From: Octopus vulgaris
Lineage: Eukaryota
Length of the DNA stretch: 64,000 bases
Direction of reading: 5' to 3'
Assembly: GCA_951406725.2 (NCBI GenBank)
Contig: OX597834.1
Span: 3,224,001-3,288,000, forward strand
Positions 1-13,205 of the stretch are shown piece after piece. How positions within the stretch are numbered: the first letter of the stretch is position 1; every line of letters starts with the position of its first letter. Below the pieces are notes generated by a model that was not told the DNA's origin, made no database searches, and was given only the letters and a program-made list of their open reading frames with translations. A program made the translations under genes and the position numbers.

Positions 1-63
<63 letters not shown>

Positions 64-65
<2 letters not shown>

Positions 66-285
66 GGCAGTGAGCTGGCAGAATTGTTAACAGGTGAGGC
101 TTTGTGGCATTGTGTTTGTCTTTAAATTCTGAGTTCAAATACTGGCAAGGTCGACTTTGCCTTTCATCCTTCTGAGATTGATAAAAAAAAGTACCAGTCA
201 AACATTGGGGTCAATGTAATTGATTTATCCACCCAGCTCAAAAAAAAAAAATTTCAGGCCTTATGCCATTAGTTGAAAGGATTGT
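64..285 (+). mobile_element. tRNA-type SINE (family A: ggcggtgagctggcaga...gcctttcatcctt...) following an (ATT)n tract
   Basis: Same head and gcctttcatcc/gataaa...gtaccag core recurs at 15020-15745, 16815-17020, 39113-39235 and 46750-47320. Confidence 0.8.
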
Positions 286-606
286 TTTAATTTTTATTAG
301 GATTTCTTATTCTTCTTGAATGAAATCATGCAAAAGTGGTTGATACTGTGAGTGTACCAGTAATACACTAGGACTCAAGGTGATGTTATACAAAAATACC
401 AATTCCCTAACAAATATAAAAATAAATTGTTTTTTAAAAAAGGAAAAAGAAAGAAATATAATTCTTAAGAACAATTTATTATTATCGTTAATTTGAATGT
501 GTTAACATGACATTAGCATTAATGATTATCTAATTAATTATTACAATTATTATAATTATCATTATCATTATTATTACTATTTTTATTATTGTCATTATTT
601 TTTAAA

Positions 607-672
<66 letters not shown>

Positions 673-740
673 CATTATTATTGTTGTTTTTATTGTTATT
701 AATATGTATTTATTTAATTTGCTGTGCTCCTCATGTGTTT

Positions 741-788
<48 letters not shown>

Positions 789-1582
789 TGATGCAGATTG
801 ACCTATTTCTGTCCCTGTTGCTTATCCATGTCATCTTAATATTTCTTTTAACTATATTTCTGGTTCGTTCATCATTGTTTCACAAAGCTATATATATATA
901 TACACACACACACATATATATATATATACATACATTTCATATATATATGTGTGTGTGTGTGTGATGATATATATATATATATATATATATACATACATGC
1001 AGGGGAAATTACATTAAATATGAGTCTGAGTTTAAAGTATTCCTACGCATGTTTCACCATTGTGGCCATTTGGAACTCTGCACTGGATCTTCCAAGAATA
1101 ACTGGAAGCTTAACCACAACGGATCATCATCAGGGAAACATTTCATTCCATTCCATCAGAGAGAAGATGCAACAAAGTGTTCTTCTGATTACCTGGTGTG
1201 TTTAAGCATCCAACTGCACTTGGAACGTGCAATGCTGTCGTTCCAAATAACTAAAATGGGGAAATGCAGGTAGGAAAAAATGATGTTAAACTTGTGCTTA
1301 TTGTAATTTCGCCTACATTTGTTCTGGATATCGTAACCAGTAGAGTTAGCCCAGGTATGGCAGTCACCAGAGCACTAAACTGGAAGCAGACCTTGGATGA
1401 GGATAAACTATGTGGAGCTCTGAACTCACCAGCAGCAGTTGTACATCTATTTGTACACACAAGATATACTATATACAAATATGTGTGTGTGTGTGTATGT
1501 ATTTATGTATATGTGTATATTATATGTGTGTGTGTTTGTGTTTGTGTGTGTATGTATATATATATGTGTATATATATATGTG

Positions 1583-1700
<118 letters not shown>

Positions 1701-1750
1701 CCCTGTAGTTATTTAGTTACTTCTAAATAACATCAAGTGATTATCATAGA

Positions 1751-1787
1751 TTTCACTGAAGAGGCAATATGAAACCATGGTATGAGA
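1751..1787 (+). ncRNA. Minimal type I hammerhead ribozyme motif
   Basis: tttca-CTGAAGA-ggcaatat-GAAAC-catg-GTA^-tgaga; stem I tttca/tgaga with one GU pair, palindromic stem III loop, weak stem II. Confidence 0.55.
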
Positions 1788-2339
1788 GTAGTGACATGTG
1801 TCATGTGTGTTTGGGTGCAGATATTTATGTATAATATATCAGGTTACAAATATGGATATGTAAATAACATTCCTATTTAAATATACCCACTGCCGTAATT
1901 AAGTATAACATCTGTTTGTTATATTTTTCATGCATGTTTATATATGTGTGTGTATATATGTATATGTGTGTGTGTGTGTGTATGAAATTATATTTGAATA
2001 TGGCTATTTCTATTTCTAATGGTGCCGAGTTGTTCTTCTGTGTCAACAGCATATCTGCAGAGGGTTTATATTTTCTTCAAACCGCAACAGACCTAAATTT
2101 CAAGAAAGAAAAAAAAAAGTATTATACAAAAAATCATTTATTAGTTTTTATTGTAAGGTGAATGAGGAATTATTCTATACTAAGAATGTTTGACCATCTG
2201 CTTAACATTCTCCAAAATTTAGTTTCTGATGTGAATAAAGATGTTTTGGACCTTTGTGCAGTATGACCCTTTATTATAACAAGTCACTTTAGAAGAGTGG
2301 GATCTCTAAGTAGATCTGTTACATAACAAGATTTACTGG

Positions 2340-3300
2340 ACCGGGAAACAGGAATACTATTAGAACCTTCTGGTTAAATCCAACTTCAACATTACTATGA
2401 AAATTAATATAGCTCAGAATTCATAAATTTGGTAGGTTGGCATTTTTCTAGGGGGTGTAGATGTTGTAGGATCATTAACAAAAACTTTTCTTGTAAAAAA
2501 AGAAACAACTTTGTTTCCTTTGTTAATCAATTAAGCACTAAGAGGCTCTCAGAAGTTGATGTGAATAAACAATTCTGTAACTGTACAGATATTAACAACT
2601 GCCCATTTAATGACAATTGTCTGGATAATGGAATAGTATACAATTGAAAAAGTTCAAATTGACAATGCAGGGCTTTTCTGAGCAGCATAATAGGCCATTG
2701 AACAAATCAATACACTGGGCCATCTATTTACTGACAACAAGCTACAGCATACATAGATTAGAATATATATATCATCATCATCATCATCATCGTTTAGCAT
2801 CCGCTTTCCATGCTAGCATGGGTTGGACGGTTCAACTGGGGTTTGGGAAGCCAGAAGGCTGCACCAGGCTCCAGTCTGATCTGGCAGTGTTTCTACGGCT
2901 GGATGCCCTTCCTAACGCCAACCACTCCATGAGTGTAGTGGGTGCTTTTTACGTGCTACCAGCACGGGGGCCAGGCGAGGCTGGCAATGACCACAAATGG
3001 ATGGTGCTTTTTACGTGCCACCAGCACGGAGGCCAGTCGGGGGGCTTGCACAGCAAGGTTCGGCGAATTTATTTGCACATACGCATATTTGTCTGTTAAT
3101 TACATTCGTAATTGTTAAAATATTAAAATATAGAAATTGGTATTGAATTCTAATAAAGTTATTAAGAGGCCTGACGATTGGGGTTGCATTTAAGAAATGT
3201 TCCTGTAAAAGACTTCGTGTTTAAGGAATGGCAAAAAGGAACCTCAAGAAACATGTGTAGCAGAGAAATTTAGAAATAATTAGTAAGTATTAAAATAAAA
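2340..3300 (+). mobile_element. Decayed Penelope-like retroelement fragment (Cys-rich linker before the GIY-YIG nuclease), interrupted by a SINE
   Basis: Frameshifted WLNP...NLVGWHFS followed by FCNCTDINNCPFNDNCLDNGIVY, matching the PLE CNC..CP....CL...IVY signature; hammerhead motif just downstream. Confidence 0.65.
2773..3050 (-). mobile_element. SINE / LINE-tail repeat (family B, (GAT)n tail)
   Basis: ggatgcccttcctaacgccaaccac core, also at 8300-8460, 10790-11097, 15754-16640, 18192-18360, 20835-21118, 23281-23675, 34357-34512 and 43733-43830. Confidence 0.85.
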
Positions 3301-3447
3301 TTCTATTATATGGTGTGAGGTATATTAGGATTTGATGTTTCGCATGGGGACTTCTATCCCTAAATGACATATTTCCTTATCGAGAATAATTCATTTTATT
3401 TGAATCCCTGTGACACCAGGCTTTTTATTCCCTAATAAATAAAATAA

Positions 3448-3490
<43 letters not shown>

Positions 3491-3497
3491 CTATCAT

Positions 3498-3546
3498 GCT
3501 TCCTGATGATTTCTTTTGAATGAAACAGTTCTAGTCCTGTAGAAGC
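3498..3546 (+). ncRNA. Type I hammerhead ribozyme motif
   Basis: gcttc-CTGATGA-tttc tttt gaat-GAAACag ttctagtc ctGTA^-gaagc; perfect 5-bp stem I, stem III acag/ctgt. Confidence 0.7.
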
Positions 3547-3589
3547 TCCTTCTATAAAATATATATATATATATATATACTAAAAAAAA

Positions 3590-3908
3590 ACTGGTACTCT
3601 ATCACTTATGACAATAAAGATTCCAGTTGATCTGATTAACAGAACAGTTTGCTCGTGAAATTACTGTGCAAGTGGCTGAGTACTCCACAGACATGCATAC
3701 CTGTAATGTAGTTCTGAAGGAGATTCAGCATGACACAGAGTGCAACAAGGCCAGCCCCTTTGAATTACAGGTACAACCGATTTTTGCCAGCTGAGTGGAT
3801 TGGAGCAATTGGAAATAAAGGGCCTTGCTTAATAACATGAGTCGCCAGGAATTGAACTCACAACTTTACAATCGTGAGCCAAAAGCCCTAACCACTAAGC
3901 CACGCGGC

Positions 3909-3912
<4 letters not shown>
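3590..3912 (-). mobile_element. tRNA-derived SINE (family C)
   Basis: Minus-strand head gtggcttagtggttagg...gagttcaattcc (pol III A/B boxes) with tttatttc..ttgctcca.tccactcagctg body; relatives at 6935-7200, 28184-28440, 37770-38000, 44547-44815 and 46283-46610. Confidence 0.8.
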
Positions 3913-3947
<35 letters not shown>

Positions 3948-4098
3948 TATGATTGTGCTTAGGCATAGCAATAGAAATAAACAGCTGTTAGAAATCAATA
4001 TACAAAGGCTTTAGAGGCAAGTGTTGGGCGAGTAGAGAGTATAATATTAATTAATGAACAACAAAAGAACAGGAATCATGTAATCAACAATGTGTACA

Positions 4099-4181
<83 letters not shown>

Positions 4182-4344
4182 AATTGAAAACTATGTTGTT
4201 TTCAGTCGAAATCCTGTGCAATTGCTGTAATTGTTGAAAGCAAATCGGTGGGGGGGGGGGGTTGAGAGGGCTAAAGCAAATAAAGCTGCAAAGAATATTT
4301 AATTTCGTGTCACTAAATTTATGGCAGTTCTGATGAATTGCCAA

Positions 4345-4630
4345 TCAATATGTATGGAAACACTGCATGGTAGTAATATATGGAAGCTATGTATGGAAGC
4401 ACTGCATGGAAATAATATGTGGATACTCTATATGGGAGCAGTATGTAGAAGTGTGGGGGATATGGAGAAACATCAATGTATGGTTGTAAAAGATGGAAGC
4501 AATGAATGAATGTAATATATGGAAGACAATGTATGGAAGACAATGTATTGGAACACCGTATGGAAACAGTGAACAAGAAAAATGTATGGAAGCAGAGAAC
4601 AGAAGCAATGCAAGGAAGCAATGACTGGAA
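4345..4630 (+). repeat. Degenerate minisatellite built on (c)aatgtatggaag
   Basis: More than 10 imperfect copies of atgtatggaa(g/a). Confidence 0.7.
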
Positions 4631-4869
4631 ATGGTGTCCTGAAGAATTGTATGAAAACAATGTTACAATTTTCATGTGCTTACCTTAGATAGCAGAGACA
4701 AGGATGGAGAAAATGGCACCAAAGAGCAATACATGGAGGAACATGCTCATGCGGCCATTCCATTGATATATACCACTGGCACTACTTTTGGTTGTCGTCT
4801 GCAAAATATTTGTATATAGGAAATCATTAACGTAATAAATAAGGAGATGTTATTTTTAGAAAGTAAATG

Positions 4870-6265
4870 AGTTTATTGACTTAAAAATCACCACGGTTAC
4901 ACAAGAAATGGGTCAGGCAAGAGACAAAGTTAGGACAACAGAGTTAAAAACATTGTGATTTGGATTTCCTGCAGTGTTCCTGATCTGGTTGATCACAGTA
5001 AAGTGTCCAGCAGCAGTCATCCAGCATATTGTCATTCCAGAAGCCTTGGTACCGTTTCTCCATAACACTAATGTCCTGGTGAAATCTTTCACCGTGTTCA
5101 TCAGACACGGCTCCAAGGTTATCTGCAAAGAAATCCAGATGGGAGTCCAAGAAGGGAACTTTCAGTGACATGCGACAACCCATTGCTGAGTAACATTTCA
5201 GAAGATTCTTGATTCCAACCTTGTGGTCCATTGACTTCTTGTTGCCCAAGAAATCCTCACAGATCCAATTGAAAGCATTCCAGGCAAGCAGTCCCAGTCC
5301 CTCAAGTGTTGTCTTGAGTGCTTCTCTAATCTGGGTTCTGACAAAGATACCCTCTTTCAACTTCGCCTGTAGGATTTTGGGAAACTTTTCTACACTATTC
5401 TCCAACCCTCTGGCATTTCTCTTCCCTTCTGTCTTTACAAACTGCTTCATCAGTCCAAGCTTTATGTGCAAAAGACATTACATGGATTTACAAGAACTGT
5501 TTTCTTGACACTAGACGGTCCTGGCTGCTATGATGTTCTTGTCTGCCAGTTTGATTCCGAATAATGTCTGTCAGTTGCTTGACAATCCCATAGACACAAG
5601 AAACAACAGTATTTTGTGAAACCTGACTGCATTCCCATTGACATTCCAATGACTTTTAAATCTCCACATATTTTCCAGGAGTATCTTTCGTAGGCAATGA
5701 CACCAAGTAAAAGTTCCATATTCTCACATGAGTGTGCAATAGGAATGGGGGGTAAGCTTCGAATTACCATCGTGGAGAAGTACAGCTTTTAAACTTCGTT
5801 TTGAAGAGTCAATAAACAAACGCCATTCTGCAGGATCAGGATTTTGGGATAAACAATTGCAAAGTCCATCAATGTTTCTGCAAAAGCAAAGAGGACCTTC
5901 AAGAGAAAAACACGTTTGCAGAACCACATTTCTCTACCAAAAATAAGTAATAACAAACACCATGCTCTAGCAGAGATTTCTAGCAGAGAGTCTTGATGCC
6001 AAAAGTTTTGCTTTGTCTTTTGAGAAAGACAGGTTTCTCACAAGGTCATTCGGTTCAGCTTAGGAACATTTTTGACGTACAAAGCTATTGTCCTCAGCCA
6101 CATAATCTTCCTCAACAGCTCTATCATGACAGTCAGCATCATCATCTGATGTTTCAATGCCATCATCTGGTTGAAATAGGATTGGCAGGCTACCATTGTG
6201 AGGCACAGGTCTCATTGCAGAATCCAAATTGTGTTTATTCTTCATAGAAAATCCTGTGACATTTA
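4870..6265 (-). mobile_element. Decayed Chapaev-like (Chapaev3-type, CMC) DDE transposase
   Basis: Collinear minus-strand fragments GFSMKNK..SAMRPVPH, WRLFIDSSKRSLKAVLLH, ICGDLKV..GFTKYCCFLCLWD, HIKLGLMKQFVK, SHLDFF..NLGAVSDEHGERFHQDI; frameshifts between them. Family name is from motif recall. Confidence 0.75.
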
Positions 6266-6272
6266 CTTCGTG

Positions 6273-6305
<33 letters not shown>

Positions 6306-6325
6306 ATAGACACACACACACACAT

Positions 6326-6360
<35 letters not shown>

Positions 6361-6397
6361 CATAAGTATGTATGTGTGTGTATGTATATAAATGTAG

Positions 6398-6442
<45 letters not shown>

Positions 6443-6848
6443 CATATATACATACAATAGTGGTGGTGGGGGGGGTTCCTTTTCATAACAATTCTCCCTT
6501 TTATCTTTCAACACTAATTAATTATGAAGAAACCACAACAATGACCCAATTCCATCAACACCACTGTGGGCCATCGTCGTCACCATCATCATCATCACTG
6601 CCACTACAACTAACATAGGTTCCCCCCCACCGCCAACACCACCACCATCACCACTAACACCATCACCACTACAACCATTGCCATCCCTCTCTTGTTGCCA
6701 TGGTAAAATCTGAAGCAGTATTCTGATACTTCCCATAGTGACCAAATGAATTACAACACCTGACACCACCACCAATATGTGTGCTATCAGTCCAGCCACT
6801 TGTCCACCATCTCTCCCTTCAGCCCCATCCTATTCATCCCTATGCTTC

Positions 6849-6880
<32 letters not shown>

Positions 6881-7552
6881 AACTGACCACTGATTATGAC
6901 AAAAATAACATCTATGTTATGGTGTCCTTTGACATATTCAGCTCACAGTCACAAGGTCGTGAGTTCAATTTCCAGGCGGGGTGGGGTGCATTTATCTCAC
7001 ACTGCCCCAGCTCCCCCAGCTGGCAAAAATGAGTCATACCTGTAATTGAAGGGGGACAGCATTGTCACATTCCGTGTCACACTGAATCTCCCTCAGAACT
7101 ATGTTAAGAGTATGCATGTCTGTGGAGTACTCAGCCACTTACTAATTTCAATTTATTCCTTTGATTAGATTAACTGGAACATTTGTCATTGTAACCAAGC
7201 GACAAATGACCATTCCTAGAGTGTGAAGGCCACTCATAAACTTGTGTTTTGCTCATGGTGGCAGTGTCCTTGTCAGCTGTTTGAAGCATGTCACCTGTTT
7301 CAGCCACCGTTTTCCCCAGCAGTAAACTTCCATGGAAGCACGCTGTTCCTTCATTTCAGCCATCGAAAAAAATCAACGAACAAGGGAGAAGCACTGCAAA
7401 ACAAAGACACACCATGTGACAGTACAACTCCACTCTACAACGCTGATCGGCAGACTGATGCCTGGGGGTCACATCAAGTGGCTTCTAGTGGTGGAAGGTT
7501 GAACTACAATGGGCTTGTCCCACAGAGAACATTTCCGGTTATATATATATAT

Positions 7553-7821
7553 ATCAAAATAAGCAACAAGGATATCCAGAGGTAATGCAGTACGATCGTT
7601 TCATGCAACTCCATTTAATTGAACAATGCAATCATTACATCAATTTAAAATGCAGAGCAATCCTCAGCTGCACAAAGACATAGAATTTAATTAAATTAGA
7701 ACAGAAGGTCACATTAGTATAATTATACCTAAAATCTCCAAGAAGTTAAGGAGATAGACAAAGAACATGCTGTCTCAACTCCAGTTTAGAAGTTCTGGAT
7801 ATCCTTGTTGCTTATTTTGAT
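7553..7821. mobile_element. Short element with 28-bp perfect inverted arms (inverted PLE pseudo-LTR type) carrying a hammerhead
   Basis: atcaaaataagcaacaaggatatccaga (7553-7580) and its reverse complement (7794-7821); starts in (TA)n. Confidence 0.7.
7586..7672 (-). ncRNA. Type I hammerhead ribozyme motif
   Basis: Minus strand: tgcag-CTGAGGA-ttgc...gcat-GAAAC-gatc-GTA^-ctgca. Confidence 0.7.
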
Positions 7822-7903
7822 TTTAATCACCTTACTTTGAAATTGTATGGATAATATCTTACTAAATTCTGGTGCCTCAACTTTAGTACCATATTCATCT
7901 GAA

Positions 7904-7980
<77 letters not shown>

Positions 7981-8981
7981 TGTTGAAGTCACAAGAATTT
8001 AGAAACTCCATGAGAGCACTATAGAGGAGTATAGCAGAGGCTACAGATGTTCGCTCAAGGTACCCTGCAGTGGGATTGAACTGAAAACCATGTGGCTGTG
8101 AAGCAAGCATCTTGACCCCACAGCCACCCCTGCACTTATATTTATATTTGCCTCTTCTACAAAGCATCTTCTCCTGTCCCCCTCTAGCTTCCTTTTTTAT
8201 TCCTCAATTCCATCCCGCACTCAGTTGGGGAGGAGGTGTCTTGTCTTGTTGGTACTCGATGACCTCACAAATGACGGTTCTGTGGGGTGGGGAAACACCC
8301 CGGTACATTCTGTGAAGTGGCTGGCATTAGGAAGGGCAACCAGCTGTAGAAACGATGCCATAACAGACAATTGGAACTTAGCACAACCCTTTGGCTTGTT
8401 TGTTCCTGCTGAACTGTCCACCTCATGACAGCATGGGAAAAGGGTCACCAAATGATGAAACGATGACGACAACGACGATGGCAATGATAACAATGATGGT
8501 GATGATAATGATGATGATGACGACAATGCCAATGGTGATGATGATGGTGATGGACATGGTTGTGTGGATGAGAAGCCTGCTTCCCAGTCATGTGGTCTTG
8601 GGTTCAATCCCACTGTCTTGCGCTGTGGACAAGCATCTTCTACTATATGGCCTTGGGCTGACCAAAGCCTCGCGAGTGGATTTGCTTGACGGAAACTGAA
8701 AGAAGCCTGTGAAAAACATGTCTGGCTATGGAGAAATATTCCGTTGCTTGGAAAGAGGTGAGGTTTGGAAAAGAAAAGCCGACATTAAACGATGAAGACC
8801 ATCATCATCATCACCGTCATCATCATTGTCATCATCATCATCATCATCATCACCATCATCATCATTATCATTGTCATCACGATCAGAATGTATATATGTG
8901 TGTGTGTGTGCGTGTGATCCCCTTTGTCATCACCAAATGTTGCAGGCTGACAAATATGTTAATTCTGCTCAATTGATGAGG

Positions 8982-9034
<53 letters not shown>

Positions 9035-9410
9035 ACCACCACCAACACCAACAACAACAACAACAACTACAAACAGTATAAAATAAATATTAATACTTAG
9101 TCACAGATGTTTGTTTCTCTCTAACTCTGAGACAGATGTGACAGAGGGGGTAGGATTAAGGTGGGATTTGGTCCAAGGGAGTGGGGATTAAAGTAGGCTC
9201 GGAGTGGTGGTGGTGGTGGTGGTGGTGGTGGTGGTGGTGGTTTAAGGATCTAATTCCACAGATATGTAGGTAGTGCATATAAGTCAATATTTGTCAATGT
9301 TTCTGGGTAATCAACAGTTGTTGTTGGTGATGGTGGTGGTGGCGGCGGTGGTGGTGGTGGTGGTGGTGGTGGTGATGGTGATGGTGGTGGTGGCGGCGGT
9401 GGTGGTGGTG

Positions 9411-9880
9411 TTTAACTTCAGCTCAGTCTTGATCCTACAGACTTATCATCAAAGATGTTCCAGCTGTGGCCATCATGCCTTTTGTTCTGACAGAATATAT
9501 CAAGGACTACAAAATCTAATGCGTCCTACCTTGTTGTTGTTGTTGTTGTTTAGCCCAAGGTCTGCCTAGATGTGACAGACCTGTGATCAAAGACATTCCA
9601 GCTGTGACCATCGTGTCTCTTATTCAAACATGGTGTATCTTGGACTTCATTGTTTAATGTGTCCTTCTTTAACTCTAATTCAGCACTGATCCAGCAGACC
9701 TATGACCAAGGCTGTTCCAGTTGTGACCATCATGCCTTTTATTAAGACACTGTGTATCTAGGGCTACATGATCTGCTGTGTTCTTTCTTGTTCTAGCTGT
9801 TTAGCCCTAGGTCAGGCCTGACCCCGCAGCCCCATCGTCGACGGTATGTAGACACAGTCTATTTAAGATTATATTATCTA
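9411..9880 (-). repeat. Tandem array of about 110-140 bp retroposon 3'-end units with (AAC)n tails
   Basis: About 4 copies of ctgatc.agcagacctatgatcaaag..ttccagctgtgaccatc, some preceded by (gtt)n. Confidence 0.7.
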
Positions 9881-10692
9881 ATGTGTTGCTATGAAGCAAT
9901 GACATCTATACACAAAATGACCACCACCACCAACGCTATCATTACCACCACCACCATTACACCACTGCCATCACCTCCACCACCAACAACAACAACAGCA
10001 ACACTACCATCATCACCACTACTGCCACTACCACAAACAACAACAACAACCATAACCCCACCCAATCCATGCATGGCTAAAACTAAAATAAAGGGAATAA
10101 CAATAAAAAAAAAATTTTTTAAAAAGAAACAAATAACAGAAAAAATCAAAGCAAAAAAATATTAAAAAAAAAGATTGATAAAGAAGAACATATTTGAGAT
10201 GATAATAAAAGCCTTTGTTTGATGGCCATTTAAAGGGGAGGGGCAGGGAGCGGTAGCAATTGTATTGGCCTGTTAGAGATAGTAGCGAAATCTCCCTCAA
10301 ATTACATGCAAGTACAGGCATGGCTGTGAGGGTAAGAAGCTCGTTTCACAGTCACATGGTTGCCAGTTCAGTCCCACTGCACAGCACTTTGGACAAGTGT
10401 CTTCTGCTTATAGTGACCTTCAGGTGACCTCGTAGCCTTGTGAGTTAAGTTTATTGATGGAAAGTATGTGGAAGCCTTTCATGTGTGTGCATGTCTGTTC
10501 AAGAGTTCCAGAGTCTTAAGGAGGGTGGATCCACCCCTTAACCACAATTGTCCCCAGGTTTACTCTGAGCCAGACTCAGAGCACCTGTCAGGGTCTTAGT
10601 ATGCTTTCAGTAGTATATGAATGCTGGCATGTAGAAATACTCAGGTTGGTGTCCCTACTGGGAGTGGTCTTTGTGAAGGCACTCCTCTAGGA

Positions 10693-11095
10693 CAGGGGTT
10701 TGCAAACCGGGGCCCATGGACCCCTGGTGCTCCATAAAGGTAGTACTGGGAGTCTGTGAACTAAATTCAAAGCAAAGTGGCTGAGTTCCTTTCAAACATT
10801 GGGCCCCACGGTGGCAATGACTGAGGCCTTTGGCATTACATTGTGCTTGAGAAGAAGACCCATCAAGCCGAGCAAAAATTGCAGTTGTGGTAGATACTGG
10901 TGTCACACAAATGGCATCTGTGCCAGTAGCACATAAAAGCAGTGATTACACTTTCAGAGTGGCTGGCATTAGGAAGAGCATCCAGCCATAGAAAGCCATG
11001 CCAAATCAGACTGGAGTCTGGTGCAGCCTTCCTGCATGCCAGCCCAGTCAAACCATCCAACCCATGCCAGCATGGACAACGGACGTTAAATGATG

Positions 11096-11184
<89 letters not shown>

Positions 11185-11314
11185 TACATATATATATATA
11201 TATATACACACACATAAGGCTAAGCATATTGAAAGGGTCCATGGGAAAACTCATTTAAATAAAGGGGTTGGGAACGACTATTGGGAACCATTGTGAAAAG
11301 GTTGGGAACCACTG
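10693..11314. mobile_element. hAT (Charlie-like) MITE with a nested SINE and (TA)n(GA)n tract
   Basis: Ends caggggtttgcaaacc / ggttgggaaccactg; 8-bp flanks ctctagga / gtctagga (7/8 match, TCTAG core). Confidence 0.75.
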
Positions 11315-11699
11315 GTCTAGGAGAAAGCCAACTCATATATAAAACGCACTGCTCTACTGAGCTGGACATTGTCCACTTTGCCCGTCTCTGGGTTCCTTGG
11401 TATGACTAATAAGGGTCATTGTGGTGTTGTACACTCAACTGAAAACCCTTGCACAGGCACTGCTGACACTCCTGTTACTAGTAGTGGTCATGTTTGTCCA
11501 ATGAATGGACAGACATCATATGCGTATGTTTGTGTTTGACCACCCCAGCACAACTTTACGATTGCTGTTGGTTTGTTTACTTCCCAGCAGCTTAGAGGTT
11601 CAGCAGACAAGTAAGTACTGGGTTGTGCCCCAGCATGGCCACAGTCCAGTGACCGGAACAAGTACACAAAGAGTCTTAAAAAATCAAGGAATGACACAT

Positions 11700-12320
11700 T
11701 AGAAAATGTACTTCAAGATAGACAATGTCTGAATAAAAGATCACAGCTGAAACATATTTGATGACAGATCAGTTGAATCAAGATTCACCTGAGGCTAAAG
11801 AACAGCAACAAAGGATGCATCAGATAATGTAGTCCTAGGTAGACTTATGGCAAAATCAAAGAGTTGTATGGCCATAAATGGAACGTCTTTGATCACAGGT
11901 CTGCTGGATTGGAGTTAACCTTGAGCTAAACAACAACAGCAAGGAAAGAGACATTGAATAATGTAGTCCTAGATACACTATGCCTGAAATAAAATAGCCA
12001 GTGTTAGAGTATTGATAATCATAGTTCTGCTGGATCAGGGCTGACCTGGGGTTAAACAACAAACATCATGTTAGCTAATGTTGTCTTTGATGGAATACAA
12101 TTGGATAACAAATGGGATGGTCATGGCTAGAACACTTTTAATCATGGGTTGGCTGGATCAGGGTTAGTAGCAACAACAACAACAGAGCAGAACACATGTG
12201 ATAATTTAGTCCCAGATACACTATGCCTGAAGAAAAGACAGGGATGGTCACCATTGGAATAGCTTTGATTATAGGTCTGGCCTACTTGGTTCAGGGCCGA
12301 CCTGGGGCTAAACAACAATA
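11700..12320 (+). repeat. Second tandem array of the unit at 9411-9880, in opposite orientation
   Basis: Copies of tttgatca.aggtctgctggatcagggctgacctggggctaaacaacaa. Confidence 0.7.
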
Positions 12321-12539
12321 GCACCAACTTGTACTGATTAACTGTTAAGGTAATGAGGTGTGTCGTTTGGAGGCAAGGGCCTGCTTCAAACAACCTGGGA
12401 CACCTGTAATATGTCAAATCAATAATCATTGAGTCTATAAAGAATTTTGTTGGAAATTTATTCATTTCTTACTTAAACGAATTTTTGTTCTTTCTTGATT
12501 GAAACTTAACAAAATTTGCATCATGTCTTAATTCCTACC

Positions 12540-12612
<73 letters not shown>

Positions 12613-12692
12613 TCAAGTCATACTATAGCCCAAAGTTGACCAACGCAATATAAGAGGAATTTGGTAGTCAAACACCGCGTAGTGTAGAACCT

Positions 12693-12735
<43 letters not shown>

Positions 12736-12867
12736 CTTGAGTATACATTGTCTGGGAGACTCTTCTTTTAGTAGAGGAAATAGCTAAATTCTTTGGCTGC
12801 TATTTCTAAAAGTTCGGAGTGTGGTAAAGTAAATTTTTTTGCTGAACCCTAATTATATAAAGTAACG

Positions 12868-12928
<61 letters not shown>

Positions 12929-13205
12929 GTGTATATATATTAACCCATTACAGATTTTGGAGCCCTAGTAATCCGTCACAACACTTACCTAGCGTACCTA
13001 ATCGTTTAGATCACTTGTGAACTAAACCTCCATACTTTGTGGTGATAATATATGTGAAACGAGGCATTGTTGCTCATATCAATCCCCAGGTCGTGCACCG
13101 TACTTGACTTGTTGTCGTCTAAAGTATCAAATTAGCCGAGAACAGAGGGCTTGGAAGTTTCCTGCAGTAAATCACATGTTGTTGCCTTCAGCCAATTTCC
13201 ATATA

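Noticed and set aside
1000-1445. Complex island with a faint PIF1/Helitron helicase-like look ([15 protein letters not shown])
   Set aside because: Motifs too degenerate and out of frame to call without a search
4345-4630. Short repeats with variable spacers, superficially CRISPR-like
   Set aside because: Repeats are degenerate with very short irregular spacers, the context is eukaryotic and there are no cas genes
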